Shown: piece by piece, positions 1 to 9,799 of the stretch
How the letters are laid out: the number at the start of each line of letters is the position of its first letter
Numbering within the stretch: position 1 is the stretch's first letter
DNA from: Candidatus Gottesmanbacteria bacterium
GTDB taxonomy: Bacteria > Patescibacteriota > Microgenomatia > 2-02-FULL-39-11
Direction: 5' to 3'
NCBI GenBank assembly: GCA_016195685.1
Contig: JACPZE010000020.1
Coordinates: 85,725-149,724 of the forward strand
DNA length: 64,000 nucleotides
Notes under the pieces: generated by a model
Databases searched by the model: none
What the model saw: only the letters and a program-made list of their open reading frames with translations
Told to the model about the DNA's origin: nothing
Program-made: the position numbers and the translations under genes

Positions 1-411
1 TTTAGAGCATATTACAAAGAAAAGGCAGATTTTGTACGTCGGATTATCGAGAAAGCAGAAAAAAAGGAAAAATTATTTGCACTTACTGATCATATATTTA
101 CTCCTACTTTTATCGATGATATCGCAAGTGCATTAGATTTAATTCTAAAAAAAGAACTGCAAGGTGTTTATCATGTGGTAGGTGGTCAAAGTCTGACTCC
201 GCATGATGCGATCCATAAAATATTGACAAAATTTGGTTTGGCTACCGATGTAGAATCTGTGACCAGAGAAGTATTTTTCAAAAATAGAGCATTTAGGCCT
301 AGAAATCTCGCACTCAAAAATGATAAAATAACAAAATTAGGTATAAAGATGAAGAGTTTTGATGAAGGGCTTAGCGAAATAGAAAAGCAAATTCACAATA
401 AACTAATATGA
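1..411 (+). CDS. rfbD: dTDP-4-dehydrorhamnose reductase (RmlD-like SDR), 5'-truncated by window edge
   Basis: Frame 1 is open from base 1: ...LFALTDHIFTPTFIDDIA...QGVYHVVG...RAFRPRNLAL..K matches the RmlD C-terminal pattern (D...PT...D.A, G.YH, RP....L). The ORF track start at 175 is internal. Confidence 0.8.
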   Translation, partial: FRAYYKEKADFVRRIIEKAEKKEKLFALTDHIFTPTFIDDIASALDLILKKELQGVYHVVGGQSLTPHDAIHKILTKFGLATDVESVTREVFFKNRAFRPRNLALKNDKITKLGIKMKSFDEGLSEIEKQIHNKLI

Positions 412-1700
412 CGATCACATTTGTAGGACATGGTTATGTAGGATTGGTGACCGCTGCTATTTTTGCAGATTTGGGTAATACCGTTTGGGTAGTAGGAAGA
501 ACAAAGGAAAAAATAGAAAAACTAAAAAAAGGAATAACTCCATTTTATGAGCCTGGTTTGGCGGAACTAGTGAAGCACAATCTCTCCGCTGGTAGGCTTA
601 AATTTACTTTAGAATACAAAGAAGCAATTCCTCATTCAAAAATAATTTTTATTTGTGTTGGAACACCGTCGACTCCTTCTGGTGATGCAGATTTATCTTC
701 AGTTTTTAAATCTGCCGAAGAAATCGGGAAAAATTTAAAAAATTACGCTGTGATAGTTACAAAGAGTACAGTTCCCATGGGAACAAACAGGAAAGTGGCT
801 CAAATAATTCAAAAGATAGTTAGAGATAAAGTGATTTTTGATGTAGCTTCATGTCCGGAATTTTTAAAAGAAGGCAGCGCACTTGCCGATACAGCAAACC
901 CTGATCGTATTGTCATAGGTGCAGATAGCGATAAAGCGAAAAATTTACTTTTGGATTTACATAAACCTATCGATGGTGAAAGGATTGTTACTACTATAGA
1001 GAGCGCCGAAATGATTAAATATGCTTCAAATGCTCTGCTTTCCACGAAGATTTCTTTTGCGAACGCCATGTCTTTTATCTGTGATGAAGTAGGGGCGGAT
1101 GTAGAAGTTGTACTGACAGGAGTTGGTCTAGATAAAAGATTAGGCAGGAGTTTTCTGTATCCCGGCGTAGGATTTGGTGGTAGCTGTTTCCCCAAAGATG
1201 TAAAAGCTCTGATTGCCATTGCCAAGCAATATAATTATGATTTCAAATTGTTATCTGCGGTTTATCAGATAAATCAGGAAGCAAAAGAAAGGTTTGTCAA
1301 TAAAGTAATTGAAACTCTTGGCGGTGTAAAAGGCAAAAAAATTGGAGTACTCGGTCTTTCGTTTAAACCAAATACAGATGATATGAGAGAGGCACCGTCA
1401 GTTTATATAATCAAAACTCTTCAGGGAAAAGGAGCCAAGATTCAGGCTTTTGATCCAGCCGCCATGGGAAACGCAGCTACTATTTTTGAGGACGTCAAGT
1501 ATTGTCAGAATCCAAAAGAAACAGCAAAAGGAGTCGATGCACTGCTTATTTTGACAGAATGGAATGAGTTTAAGCAGGTGGATTTGTTAGAATTAAAAGC
1601 ATTGATGAAAAATTATTATATTTTTGACGGTAGGAATATTTATGATCCAGTGAAAGTAAAACAAAATGGGTTTATTTATAGAGGTATTGGCAGAAATTAA
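408..1700 (+). CDS. ugd: UDP-glucose 6-dehydrogenase (UDP-Glc/GDP-Man dehydrogenase family)
   Basis: GHGYVG Rossmann motif, CVGTP, KSTVP, PEFLKEG, catalytic GFGGSCFPKD, LSFKPNTDDMRE, DGRN. Confidence 0.93.
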   Translation: MTITFVGHGYVGLVTAAIFADLGNTVWVVGRTKEKIEKLKKGITPFYEPGLAELVKHNLSAGRLKFTLEYKEAIPHSKIIFICVGTPSTPSGDADLSSVFKSAEEIGKNLKNYAVIVTKSTVPMGTNRKVAQIIQKIVRDKVIFDVASCPEFLKEGSALADTANPDRIVIGADSDKAKNLLLDLHKPIDGERIVTTIESAEMIKYASNALLSTKISFANAMSFICDEVGADVEVVLTGVGLDKRLGRSFLYPGVGFGGSCFPKDVKALIAIAKQYNYDFKLLSAVYQINQEAKERFVNKVIETLGGVKGKKIGVLGLSFKPNTDDMREAPSVYIIKTLQGKGAKIQAFDPAAMGNAATIFEDVKYCQNPKETAKGVDALLILTEWNEFKQVDLLELKALMKNYYIFDGRNIYDPVKVKQNGFIYRGIGRN

Positions 1701-1703
1701 CAG

Positions 1704-1710
1704 AAAGGAA
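1704..1710 (+). promoter_or_regulatory. Shine-Dalgarno-like site upstream of the gmd-like gene
   Basis: AAAGGAA ends 4 nt before ATG 1715; one of very few SD-like motifs in the window. Confidence 0.4.
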
Positions 1711-1714
1711 AAAT

Positions 1715-2683
1715 ATGAATAAAGTAAATAATAAAAAAGCCCTTATTACCGGGATAACAGGTTTTGCCGGTAGCCATCTGGCAGAATTGTTATTAAAGGA
1801 GGGAGTTGAAACTCACGGGATTCAAAGGTGGCGATCAAAGAGTGATAATATTGAACACATTAAAAATAAAATAAAATTTCACGAAGCTGATTTATTGGAT
1901 GCTCATTCTATGTATCAGGTGGTAGATGAGGTCAGGCCAAATTATATCTTCCATCTAGCTGCGCAGTCCTACGTACAATCTTCATGGGCTTCACCTTCCA
2001 ATACTCTTGAAATAAACATTACCGGCTCTGCTCATTTGTTTGAAGCTGTCCGTAAAACAGATAAAGATATTGTAATCCAAATAGCCTGTTCATCGGAAGA
2101 ATACGGAAAAGTTCTCTCGGATGAATTGCCAATTAAAGAAACAAATCCACTCCGCCCATTATCACCATATGCTGTGTCAAAAATAGCAATGGATTATTTA
2201 GGCTATCAGTATTACCAAAGTTATGGAGTGAAAGTGATAAGGACGAGGGGATTTAACCATACTGGTCCGAGGCGCGGAGATGTTTTTGCAGAATCTACTT
2301 TTGCCAAACAAATTGCAGAAATAGAAAAGGGTACAAGGGAGCCTGTAGTTTCTGTCGGGAATCTCAACGCTGTCCGGGATTTTACAGATGTTAGAGATAT
2401 GGTTAGAGCCTATTATCTATCAGTATCAAAATGTGATCCGGGTGAAGTTTATAATATCGCCACTGGTACAGGAAGGAAAATAGAAGATGTTTTGGATATC
2501 TTTTTATCTATGAGTAAGGTAAAAATAGCAGTAAAACAAGATAAAGACAGAATGAGACCATCAGATGTCGCAGTACTTATAGGTGATTCCACTAAATTTA
2601 GGAAAAAAACAGGGTGGAAGCCAGAAATTCAATTTGAAAAAACAATGAAGGATCTTCTTGATTACTGGCGAGAGAGAGTTTAA
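1715..2683 (+). CDS. gmd: GDP-mannose 4,6-dehydratase-like extended SDR (Gmd/Rmd family)
   Basis: ALITGITGFAGSHLAE, HLAAQSYV.SSW, SSEEYG, P.SPYAVSK, FNHTGPRR, GNLNAVRDF, RPSDV. A reductase (Rmd) role cannot be excluded. Confidence 0.75.
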   Translation: MNKVNNKKALITGITGFAGSHLAELLLKEGVETHGIQRWRSKSDNIEHIKNKIKFHEADLLDAHSMYQVVDEVRPNYIFHLAAQSYVQSSWASPSNTLEINITGSAHLFEAVRKTDKDIVIQIACSSEEYGKVLSDELPIKETNPLRPLSPYAVSKIAMDYLGYQYYQSYGVKVIRTRGFNHTGPRRGDVFAESTFAKQIAEIEKGTREPVVSVGNLNAVRDFTDVRDMVRAYYLSVSKCDPGEVYNIATGTGRKIEDVLDIFLSMSKVKIAVKQDKDRMRPSDVAVLIGDSTKFRKKTGWKPEIQFEKTMKDLLDYWRERV

Positions 2684-2721
2684 CAATGAATTTGATCTAA
2701 AGTGATAGATAATGAATAACG

Positions 2722-3684
2722 ATGACTGCAAAAATAAAATGCTTAGTTACTGGTGGAGCAGGATTTATAGGATCCCATTTGTGTGATAAGTTGATCGAAA
2801 AAAGATATGAAGTAGTTTGTTTAGATAATCTGATCACCGGTAACAAAGAAAATCTTCGTCAACTTCTAAATAATCCAAATTTCCACTTCGTCCAACATGA
2901 TGTAGTAAACCCTTTTACAACAAAACTAGATTTATTAAATCAAAAAATTCAATATATTTATCATTTAGCATCTCCTGCAAGCCCTCCACAATATCGTAAA
3001 TACTCCATAGAAACGTTGCTTACTAATTCATCTGGTACATATAATGTTTTGGAACTAGCAAGAAAAATGAAAGCATTTTATTTGCTTGCTTCAACTTCTG
3101 AGGTTTACGGTAATCCTATAATGCATCCGCAGAAAGAATCATATTTTGGCAATGTAAACCCTGTCGGACTGCGTGCATGTTATGACGAAGGAAAACGTTT
3201 TGCCGAAGCATTAACTATGGAGTATGTTCGAAAGCATAATCTTGACGCAAGGATTGTAAGAATTTTTAATACATACGGTCCTAGAATGCAAAAAGATGAT
3301 GGTCGGGTAGTTTCTAATTTCATAAATCAAGCAATTGCTGGAATATCTTTGACGATATATGGAGATGGTACCCAAACGCGATCATTTTGTTACATTTCCG
3401 ACATGGTAAATGGAATTATTGCTGCCATGGAGAGTAAAGATATGATAGGTGAGGTAGTGAATCTGGGTAATCCCAATGAATTAACCATCGAGGAAATCGG
3501 GGAAATCATTCTCAAACTGACAAACTCAAAATCATCAATGGAGAAATATGATGAAAGGATAGGCGATGATCCAGATAAAAGAAAGCCAGATATTGAAAAG
3601 GCGATGAAAAAACTGCATTGGGAACCTCAAATTGATTTGGAAACAGGTCTTAACAAAACGATAGAGTATTTTAAGAATTTATGA
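2722..3684 (+). CDS. uxs: UDP-glucuronate decarboxylase (UDP-xylose synthase)
   Basis: TGGAGFIGSHL, HLASPASP, ASTSEVYG, GNVNP.G.RACYDEGKR, RIFNTYGPRM...DGRVVSNF, QTRSFCY, DDP..RKPDI. Confidence 0.88.
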   Translation: MTAKIKCLVTGGAGFIGSHLCDKLIEKRYEVVCLDNLITGNKENLRQLLNNPNFHFVQHDVVNPFTTKLDLLNQKIQYIYHLASPASPPQYRKYSIETLLTNSSGTYNVLELARKMKAFYLLASTSEVYGNPIMHPQKESYFGNVNPVGLRACYDEGKRFAEALTMEYVRKHNLDARIVRIFNTYGPRMQKDDGRVVSNFINQAIAGISLTIYGDGTQTRSFCYISDMVNGIIAAMESKDMIGEVVNLGNPNELTIEEIGEIILKLTNSKSSMEKYDERIGDDPDKRKPDIEKAMKKLHWEPQIDLETGLNKTIEYFKNL

Positions 3685-4820
3685 AAATTGTTCATATTAT
3701 TCCTACATTTAATGAGAAAGAAAATATCGGGAAAATGATAGAAGCTCTTGAGGCTTTAGAGAAAGAGAAGAAGTGGGACGCGGATATTTTAATTGTAGAT
3801 GACCATTCACCCGATGGTACTGCCGAAGAGGTCAAAAAATATCAAGGCAGATTTTCAAACGTGCACTTACTATTGAAAAAAAAGGAAGGCTTAGGACGTG
3901 CATTGATAATGGGTTACGAGTATGCCATAGAAAAACTGCATGCAGACGTTGTCATCCCCAATGATGCAGATTTCCAGTGGGATCCGCAAGATATGCCCAA
4001 ACTGATAAGTAAAATTCAAGAGGGTTATGACGTGGTTGTTGCCTCCAGACACGTTTCTGGTGGTAAGGTAATCGGATGGAATTGGTTTCGAAAACTGAAT
4101 CATGAAATTTCCAATACATTTTTAGCCTGGTGGGTTGCTGGTGTACATGAGGTAGTAGATCATGCTGGGAATTTTAAAGCGATTAGGGTCAAAGGTATTT
4201 TAGATAAAGTAGCTCTATCCAAAATGAAAAACTCAGGATTTTCTTTTCAACTCCACGTTTTGTACGAATTATCCAAAACGGGTGCTAGATTCACAGAAGT
4301 GCCGTCGATTTTTAAAGAAAGAAAATTCGGCAAATCTAAAATTGGGTTTAACCGTTACTATTTGCGCGATGTACTTGAGTATATAAGGAGTAGTATCAGT
4401 ATCCGTATAGAAAGATCAAACAACTTTTTCAAATATGTAATTGTCGGTGGAACTGGATTTATTATCCAGCTTCTACTTGAGTCGTTGCTTATCACTTTCA
4501 TGCATTTTGAAGAAAGTAATGCCGTTGCCTTAGGCGCAGAAGCAGCGATTATTTCCAATTTTATCCTTAACAATGTATGGACATTTTCGCATAAAAGAAT
4601 GCAAGGGTTCAAAATGATTTATAAATTTATGCAGTTTAATATCGTATCGGTTGGATCGATAATTATTCAAAAAATTGTTATTCAATTAGGTACAAATTAT
4701 ATCAGTCATTCACTTTTGTTTGTTTTGGTCCTTAATATTTTAACGATATTAATCTTGATTATTCCATATAGCTATTTTGTCTATAATAGGTTTATTTGGA
4801 AAACACACAAAAGAAATTAA
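3681..4820 (+). CDS. Polyprenyl-phosphate glycosyltransferase (DPM1-like GT2) fused to a C-terminal GtrA-type flippase domain
   Basis: IPTFNE.ENI, VDDHSPDGT, DADFQ, F.ER..GKSK, followed by a 4-TM tail with KY.IVG.TG and ISNFILNNVWTF typical of GtrA. Confidence 0.85.
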   Translation: MKIVHIIPTFNEKENIGKMIEALEALEKEKKWDADILIVDDHSPDGTAEEVKKYQGRFSNVHLLLKKKEGLGRALIMGYEYAIEKLHADVVIPNDADFQWDPQDMPKLISKIQEGYDVVVASRHVSGGKVIGWNWFRKLNHEISNTFLAWWVAGVHEVVDHAGNFKAIRVKGILDKVALSKMKNSGFSFQLHVLYELSKTGARFTEVPSIFKERKFGKSKIGFNRYYLRDVLEYIRSSISIRIERSNNFFKYVIVGGTGFIIQLLLESLLITFMHFEESNAVALGAEAAIISNFILNNVWTFSHKRMQGFKMIYKFMQFNIVSVGSIIIQKIVIQLGTNYISHSLLFVLVLNILTILILIIPYSYFVYNRFIWKTHKRN

Positions 4821-4828
4821 TTTCCAAA

Positions 4829-6337
4829 ATGAAAAATACAAAAATAAAACAGACGATTATAAAATATCTTCCCCAAATATTGCTCACGGTTATTCTTTTA
4901 ACAGGAGCTTTTTTCCGTTTTTTTAGAATAAATGAATACATGACTTTCTTAGGGGATGAAGGCAGGGATGTCTTGGTAGTTAAAAGAATGCTCGTGGATC
5001 ATAAATTTACCCTATTGGGACCTATAACTAGCGTCGGATCAATGTATATGGGGCCAATTTATTATTATTTTATGGCTCCTTTCTTATGGCTATGGCATTT
5101 TGATCCTGTAGGACCGGCCATAATGGTTGGGCTGTTTTCAGTAGGTACTATTTTTGTTATTTATAGACTAGGATCAGATTTTTTCCATCCTGCTGTTGGA
5201 CTGACTTCTTCATTTCTTTATGCTGTATCGCCTTTGATGATCACTTCCGGCCGGTCATCCTGGAATCCAAACGTAGTTCCATTTTTTTCGGTAGTACTTA
5301 TTTACTCTCTTTTTCAAGTAATTACACGTAAAAAATATCGATGGTTTATCCTTACAGGATTAGCACTCGGTGTGCTTTTGCAACTTCATTACGTAACGTT
5401 TTTATTTTTACCGATCATTTTAGTCAGTTTAGCAATGCTAAGATTTAAGATTCCTTTGGTAAATTACTTTATGGCTGTGGTTGCTTTAATTATCTCTTAC
5501 TCGCCTTTTTTGTTATTTGAGCTTCGCCATGAATTCGTGAATACTCAAGCAGTCATCAGGTTCGTTATTCAGCAAAATACATCATCGCAGGGGTCAATAA
5601 TAGTACAATTTTTTAACGTCGTAAATGATGTATTTATCCGGTTATTTTGGAGGCTTATAACTATAAATAGTGCTGAAATAACAAAGATTTTTATTCCTTT
5701 TTTGTTTATAACTTTGGTGATTTATTTTCGAAATTATTTAAAGAGTACAGCCGATAAACTTTCATTTACGCTTATCATGATTTGGTTGATAACGGGCGTA
5801 GTATCTTTTGGTATTTATCGCGGTGTAATCTATGATTACTATTTTGGTTCACTATTTGCTGTACCTTTTATCTTGACTGGAATAATGTTGTATACGCTTT
5901 GGAGATTTTCTGCTGTCACGAAAATATTATCAGTTTTAATTTTTCTTAGTTTAAATTATTTCTTTTTACAAAAAAGTCCGTTACTTCCGACACCTAACAA
6001 TTTATTGGCAAATACGAAAAAAATAGCGGAATTTGTCTATAAAGTAAAAGATGATAAACCCTACAATTTTGCTCTAATTGCCGGAAAGAATTCGGACCAT
6101 GCATATAGATATTTTCTGGAACTTTGGGGACCACCCCCTGTCGTCATTGAAAATCCAGTGACAGATCCTACACGCAAAACAGTTACAAATCAGCTGTTAG
6201 TAGTTTGTGAGGAAAAAGTTTGTCAACCAGAAGGACATCCCCTATGGGAAATTGCAGGATTTGGCCGGGCAAAGGTTATTGGGGATTGGAATGTCGTGAC
6301 TGCACGAGTTTTTCAATTAGAACACTATAATAAATAA
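4829..6337 (+). CDS. GT-C membrane glycosyltransferase (ArnT/PMT-like)
   Basis: N-terminal TM ending in R, FLGDEGRD acidic loop, GP.YYY, R..WNPN, QLH, many TMs, C-terminal soluble domain. ATG 4829 preferred over TTG 4796. Confidence 0.75.
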   Translation: MKNTKIKQTIIKYLPQILLTVILLTGAFFRFFRINEYMTFLGDEGRDVLVVKRMLVDHKFTLLGPITSVGSMYMGPIYYYFMAPFLWLWHFDPVGPAIMVGLFSVGTIFVIYRLGSDFFHPAVGLTSSFLYAVSPLMITSGRSSWNPNVVPFFSVVLIYSLFQVITRKKYRWFILTGLALGVLLQLHYVTFLFLPIILVSLAMLRFKIPLVNYFMAVVALIISYSPFLLFELRHEFVNTQAVIRFVIQQNTSSQGSIIVQFFNVVNDVFIRLFWRLITINSAEITKIFIPFLFITLVIYFRNYLKSTADKLSFTLIMIWLITGVVSFGIYRGVIYDYYFGSLFAVPFILTGIMLYTLWRFSAVTKILSVLIFLSLNYFFLQKSPLLPTPNNLLANTKKIAEFVYKVKDDKPYNFALIAGKNSDHAYRYFLELWGPPPVVIENPVTDPTRKTVTNQLLVVCEEKVCQPEGHPLWEIAGFGRAKVIGDWNVVTARVFQLEHYNK

Positions 6338-6339
6338 TT

Positions 6340-7092
6340 ATGGAAAAAATTTATCTGTCAGTAATTATTCCATGTTATAACGAAGAGCGAAATTTACGCT
6401 TAGGTGCTTTAGAAAATGTCGCCCATTTTTTATCAAAAAAAGATTATACATATGAAGTGATTGTAGTAGACGATGGGAGTACTGATGAGAGTAAAAAACT
6501 GATTAATCAATTCATTTCTGATGATCCCAAGTTTAAATTATTATCTCGAGAACATAAAGGAAAAGCGGGAACAGTCATCGCCGGTGTAAAAGAAGCAAAA
6601 GGAGAATATATTCTTTTTACGGATTTAGATCAAGCTACTCCCATGAGTCAACTAGATCTTTTTTTGCCGTATTTTAAAAAAGGATTTGATCTGGTAATAG
6701 GTTCCAGAAATACAAAAAGAAGGGGCGCACCTCTTACACGAATAGCAATGGCAAGAGGGTTTATGATACTAAGAAACATTATATTAAATTTGGGAGTCAA
6801 TGATACTCAATGTGGGTTTAAAGCATTCAGTAAAATTTGCGCAAAAAACATTTTCTCTAAGTTAAAAGTATTTAATTTACAAAATCCGGTAAGCGGTTCG
6901 ACAGTCACTGCGGGTTTTGACGTAGAATTATTATATATCGCTAAATTGTTGGGTTATAAAATCGCTGAAGTGCCCGTAGAGTGGCATTATCAAGAAACTA
7001 GAAATGTTAGCCCCATAAGAGATTCTCTGGAGGGTTTGATAGATTTAATTAAAATAAGAATCAACAGCATGAATGGGGTTTATAATAAATAA
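6340..7092 (+). CDS. Dolichyl/polyprenyl-phosphate beta-glucosyltransferase-like GT2
   Basis: SVIIPCYNEE, VDDGSTD, FTDLDQATP, IGSR, DTQCGFK, FDVELL, EVPV.W (ALG5/DPG synthase pattern). Confidence 0.85.
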   Translation: MEKIYLSVIIPCYNEERNLRLGALENVAHFLSKKDYTYEVIVVDDGSTDESKKLINQFISDDPKFKLLSREHKGKAGTVIAGVKEAKGEYILFTDLDQATPMSQLDLFLPYFKKGFDLVIGSRNTKRRGAPLTRIAMARGFMILRNIILNLGVNDTQCGFKAFSKICAKNIFSKLKVFNLQNPVSGSTVTAGFDVELLYIAKLLGYKIAEVPVEWHYQETRNVSPIRDSLEGLIDLIKIRINSMNGVYNK

Positions 7093-8266
7093 GAAGAAAA
7101 TGGTTTATGTATTTTATGCTATAGTTCTTTTTCTCACCACTATCTATTCCTACTCACAGATAGATTTAAACCTGACTCTTTCTTCCAATCAGTTATACCA
7201 AAATATACAACATCAGCTTATATTGCTGGGATACTATAATCGGCCGCTATCAATGGTAATTTTAGTTGTTTTATTGTTTTTTTTGTATTTAATCTATTTA
7301 TCAATCTTATTATTGATTAGGAAAAATCAACTTTCCAAACAAAATATCTTTCACTTAGTTTTTTTAACTAGCTTGATACTATTTTTTTCTTATACTATTT
7401 TTTCACATGACCTTTTCAATTATATGTTCGATGCCAGAATTGTAACTATTTACCATCAAAATCCCTATATTCACTCTGCATTGGATTTTCCTTCTGATCT
7501 GTGGACTCGTTTTATGCATTGGACTCACAGGACATATCCTTACGGGCCTATATGGTTACTTATAACTTTACCGTTTTCATTTTTGGGATTTGGTAAATTC
7601 GTTCTGACACTTTTCAATTTCAAATTTTTGTTTACTCTTTTTCATTTGGGCAATGTTTATTTTATCTATAAGATACTTACAAAACTTAATCCTAAATTAT
7701 CATTATTAGGGACAGCCCTCTATGCATTCAACCCCGTTGTCTTAATTGAATCACTGGTGAGCCCCCATAATGAGGTTGCAATGCTTTTTTTCCTTCTTTT
7801 AGGAATATATTTTATATCTTCAGGAAAAAACAGCGCAATGTCAATTTTAAACCTTTTACTGTCAGCTGGAATTAAATTCGCAACTATTATATTGTTACCA
7901 CTTTTCCTTTTTATAAAAATTGCTGATAAACCTGATAAATATATGCATAGAATATTACTTTTTCTTCTTATAATGGTCCTGCCGGTGATTTTGGAAATTA
8001 TCTATAGGGAACCATATTCATGGTATTTTATTCCTTTAATAGGGATGGGGGCATTGTTAGTGAAATACTCAAGAATAAATATTTTGATATCTGGGATTTC
8101 TCTGGCAGCATTTCTACGGTACCTACCATTTATTTATACAGGAGACTACAGTAGACCGGTCAGAAATGTGCAGGATTTAATTTTTATTTCCACTATTTCT
8201 ATAACTATTTTAATTATATTTATTTATTCATTTACTCAAAAAATGATTAATAAAAAGATTAAGTGA
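7073..8266 (+). CDS. GT-C membrane protein resembling MptA/MptB-type polyprenol-phosphomannose-dependent mannosyltransferases
   Basis: FSHDLFNY, NPY, YPYGP.W, NP.VL.E, PHNE..M, IKF, WY; polytopic. Alternative start 7100. Confidence 0.65.
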   Translation: MGFIINKKKMVYVFYAIVLFLTTIYSYSQIDLNLTLSSNQLYQNIQHQLILLGYYNRPLSMVILVVLLFFLYLIYLSILLLIRKNQLSKQNIFHLVFLTSLILFFSYTIFSHDLFNYMFDARIVTIYHQNPYIHSALDFPSDLWTRFMHWTHRTYPYGPIWLLITLPFSFLGFGKFVLTLFNFKFLFTLFHLGNVYFIYKILTKLNPKLSLLGTALYAFNPVVLIESLVSPHNEVAMLFFLLLGIYFISSGKNSAMSILNLLLSAGIKFATIILLPLFLFIKIADKPDKYMHRILLFLLIMVLPVILEIIYREPYSWYFIPLIGMGALLVKYSRINILISGISLAAFLRYLPFIYTGDYSRPVRNVQDLIFISTISITILIIFIYSFTQKMINKKIK

Positions 8267-8272
8267 GATCAA

Positions 8273-8281
8273 TGTTATAAT
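8273..8281 (+). promoter_or_regulatory. Putative extended -10 promoter (TGnTATAAT)
   Basis: TGTTATAAT in the 27-bp gap, 12 nt before ATG 8294. Confidence 0.45.
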
Positions 8282-8293
8282 TGAATTTGGAAT

Positions 8294-9784
8294 ATGGAGC
8301 TACTTGTAATTCTTATCATCGCATTAGGCACTTTTTTTACCAGGATAATTAATCTTCTTAAAATTCCTATCTTCACCGATGAAGCAATTTATATACGATG
8401 GGCACAGATCGGTTTGGCTGATCCGGCACACCGGTATATTTCACTGACAGACGGGAAACAGCCTTTACTTATTTGGCTTATGTATCCAATGTTGAAAATA
8501 TTCTCAGATCCGCTTTTTGCCGGGCGTTTTGTATCAGTATTGTCAGGTATTTTTACAGTTATCGGAATGTATTTCCTCACCCGTGAATTATTTGGGAAAA
8601 AAGAAGCGATCCTGGCGTCTTTAATTTACATTTTTTCACCTTTTACCCTTCTTTACGACCGGTTAGCCCTTTATGACAGTTTACTTGCTGGATTCGGAGT
8701 CTGGAGTTTATATCTCAGCGTTCTTTTGGTTAGAAAAAATAGGTTGGATGTTGCACTGCTTTTGGGTATAACAACTGGTTTGGGTGTGCTTACGAAGTCA
8801 TCAGCCCTTTTTTTCCTCTTTCTATTACCTTTCAGTTTGTTTCTTTTTGATTTCAAAGCGGAAGATAGAGTGAAAAAATTATTTATTTTGATGGGACTAT
8901 CTTTAATAAGTTTTGTGATTGCTCAAATCATGTATAACAGCCTTAGACTTTCTCCATGGTTTTATATTATACGGCAGAAGAATTATTCATTTGTTCTGAC
9001 CTTTTCAGAGTTTTTAAAAAAACCATTTGAGTTGTTTATGCCCAATCTTCATGGACTAGTACCAATATTGTTTACTTACTTAACTATTCCAATTTTATTA
9101 GTAATCATTTATGGTTTAGTTAGGGGAATATTGACTCGCGATAAGAAAATATTGTATCTTTTCTTCTGGTTTGTTATTCCGTATCTTGCTCTTGCCGCAA
9201 TCGGTAAGGTAATTTTCCCCAGGTTTATACTCTTTATGGTTATCCCACTTTTTGTAATTGCATCAAAAAGTATATTAGATATAACAAGCAAATTCGGCAA
9301 AAATAATAAGTTGATGTTAATAACTGTTTTATTCATATTGACTTATCCAATTTACCAAAGCGTATTGTTAATTTATAATCCGGTAGACGCTGAGATACCT
9401 ATCTCAGACAAAAATCAATTATTTAATGATTGGCCCTCAGGATATGGAGCAAAAGAAGTTATAAACTTTATAAACGAAAAAGCTATGAAGGAAAAGGTAG
9501 TATTGGGGACAGAAGGTACTTTTGGGCTTAATCCGGCTGTATATGAAATATACCTAAAAAGCAATAAAAATATAGATATACGCAGTTATTGGCCAGTAGG
9601 AGAGGTGCCGAAAGATTTATTAGAGTCTTCGAAAGGTTATCCGACATATTTAGTATTTAAAGAAACACAAAATATTCCCGGCAATTGGCCGTTAAAACTT
9701 ATAGCAAAATACCGTCGGGGTAAAGGAGATACGTTCCTGCTTTTTTATCAGGTGGAATCCAGGGATAAAAATAGTTTAAAATAG
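8294..9784 (+). CDS. GT-C membrane glycosyltransferase (ArnT/PMT-like)
   Basis: PIFTDEAIY, DGKQPL, GR..S, DR.ALYD, LTK, FPRF; many TMs plus C-terminal domain. Confidence 0.78.
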   Translation: MELLVILIIALGTFFTRIINLLKIPIFTDEAIYIRWAQIGLADPAHRYISLTDGKQPLLIWLMYPMLKIFSDPLFAGRFVSVLSGIFTVIGMYFLTRELFGKKEAILASLIYIFSPFTLLYDRLALYDSLLAGFGVWSLYLSVLLVRKNRLDVALLLGITTGLGVLTKSSALFFLFLLPFSLFLFDFKAEDRVKKLFILMGLSLISFVIAQIMYNSLRLSPWFYIIRQKNYSFVLTFSEFLKKPFELFMPNLHGLVPILFTYLTIPILLVIIYGLVRGILTRDKKILYLFFWFVIPYLALAAIGKVIFPRFILFMVIPLFVIASKSILDITSKFGKNNKLMLITVLFILTYPIYQSVLLIYNPVDAEIPISDKNQLFNDWPSGYGAKEVINFINEKAMKEKVVLGTEGTFGLNPAVYEIYLKSNKNIDIRSYWPVGEVPKDLLESSKGYPTYLVFKETQNIPGNWPLKLIAKYRRGKGDTFLLFYQVESRDKNSLK

Positions 9785-9799
9785 AAGTAGTTTGATATT

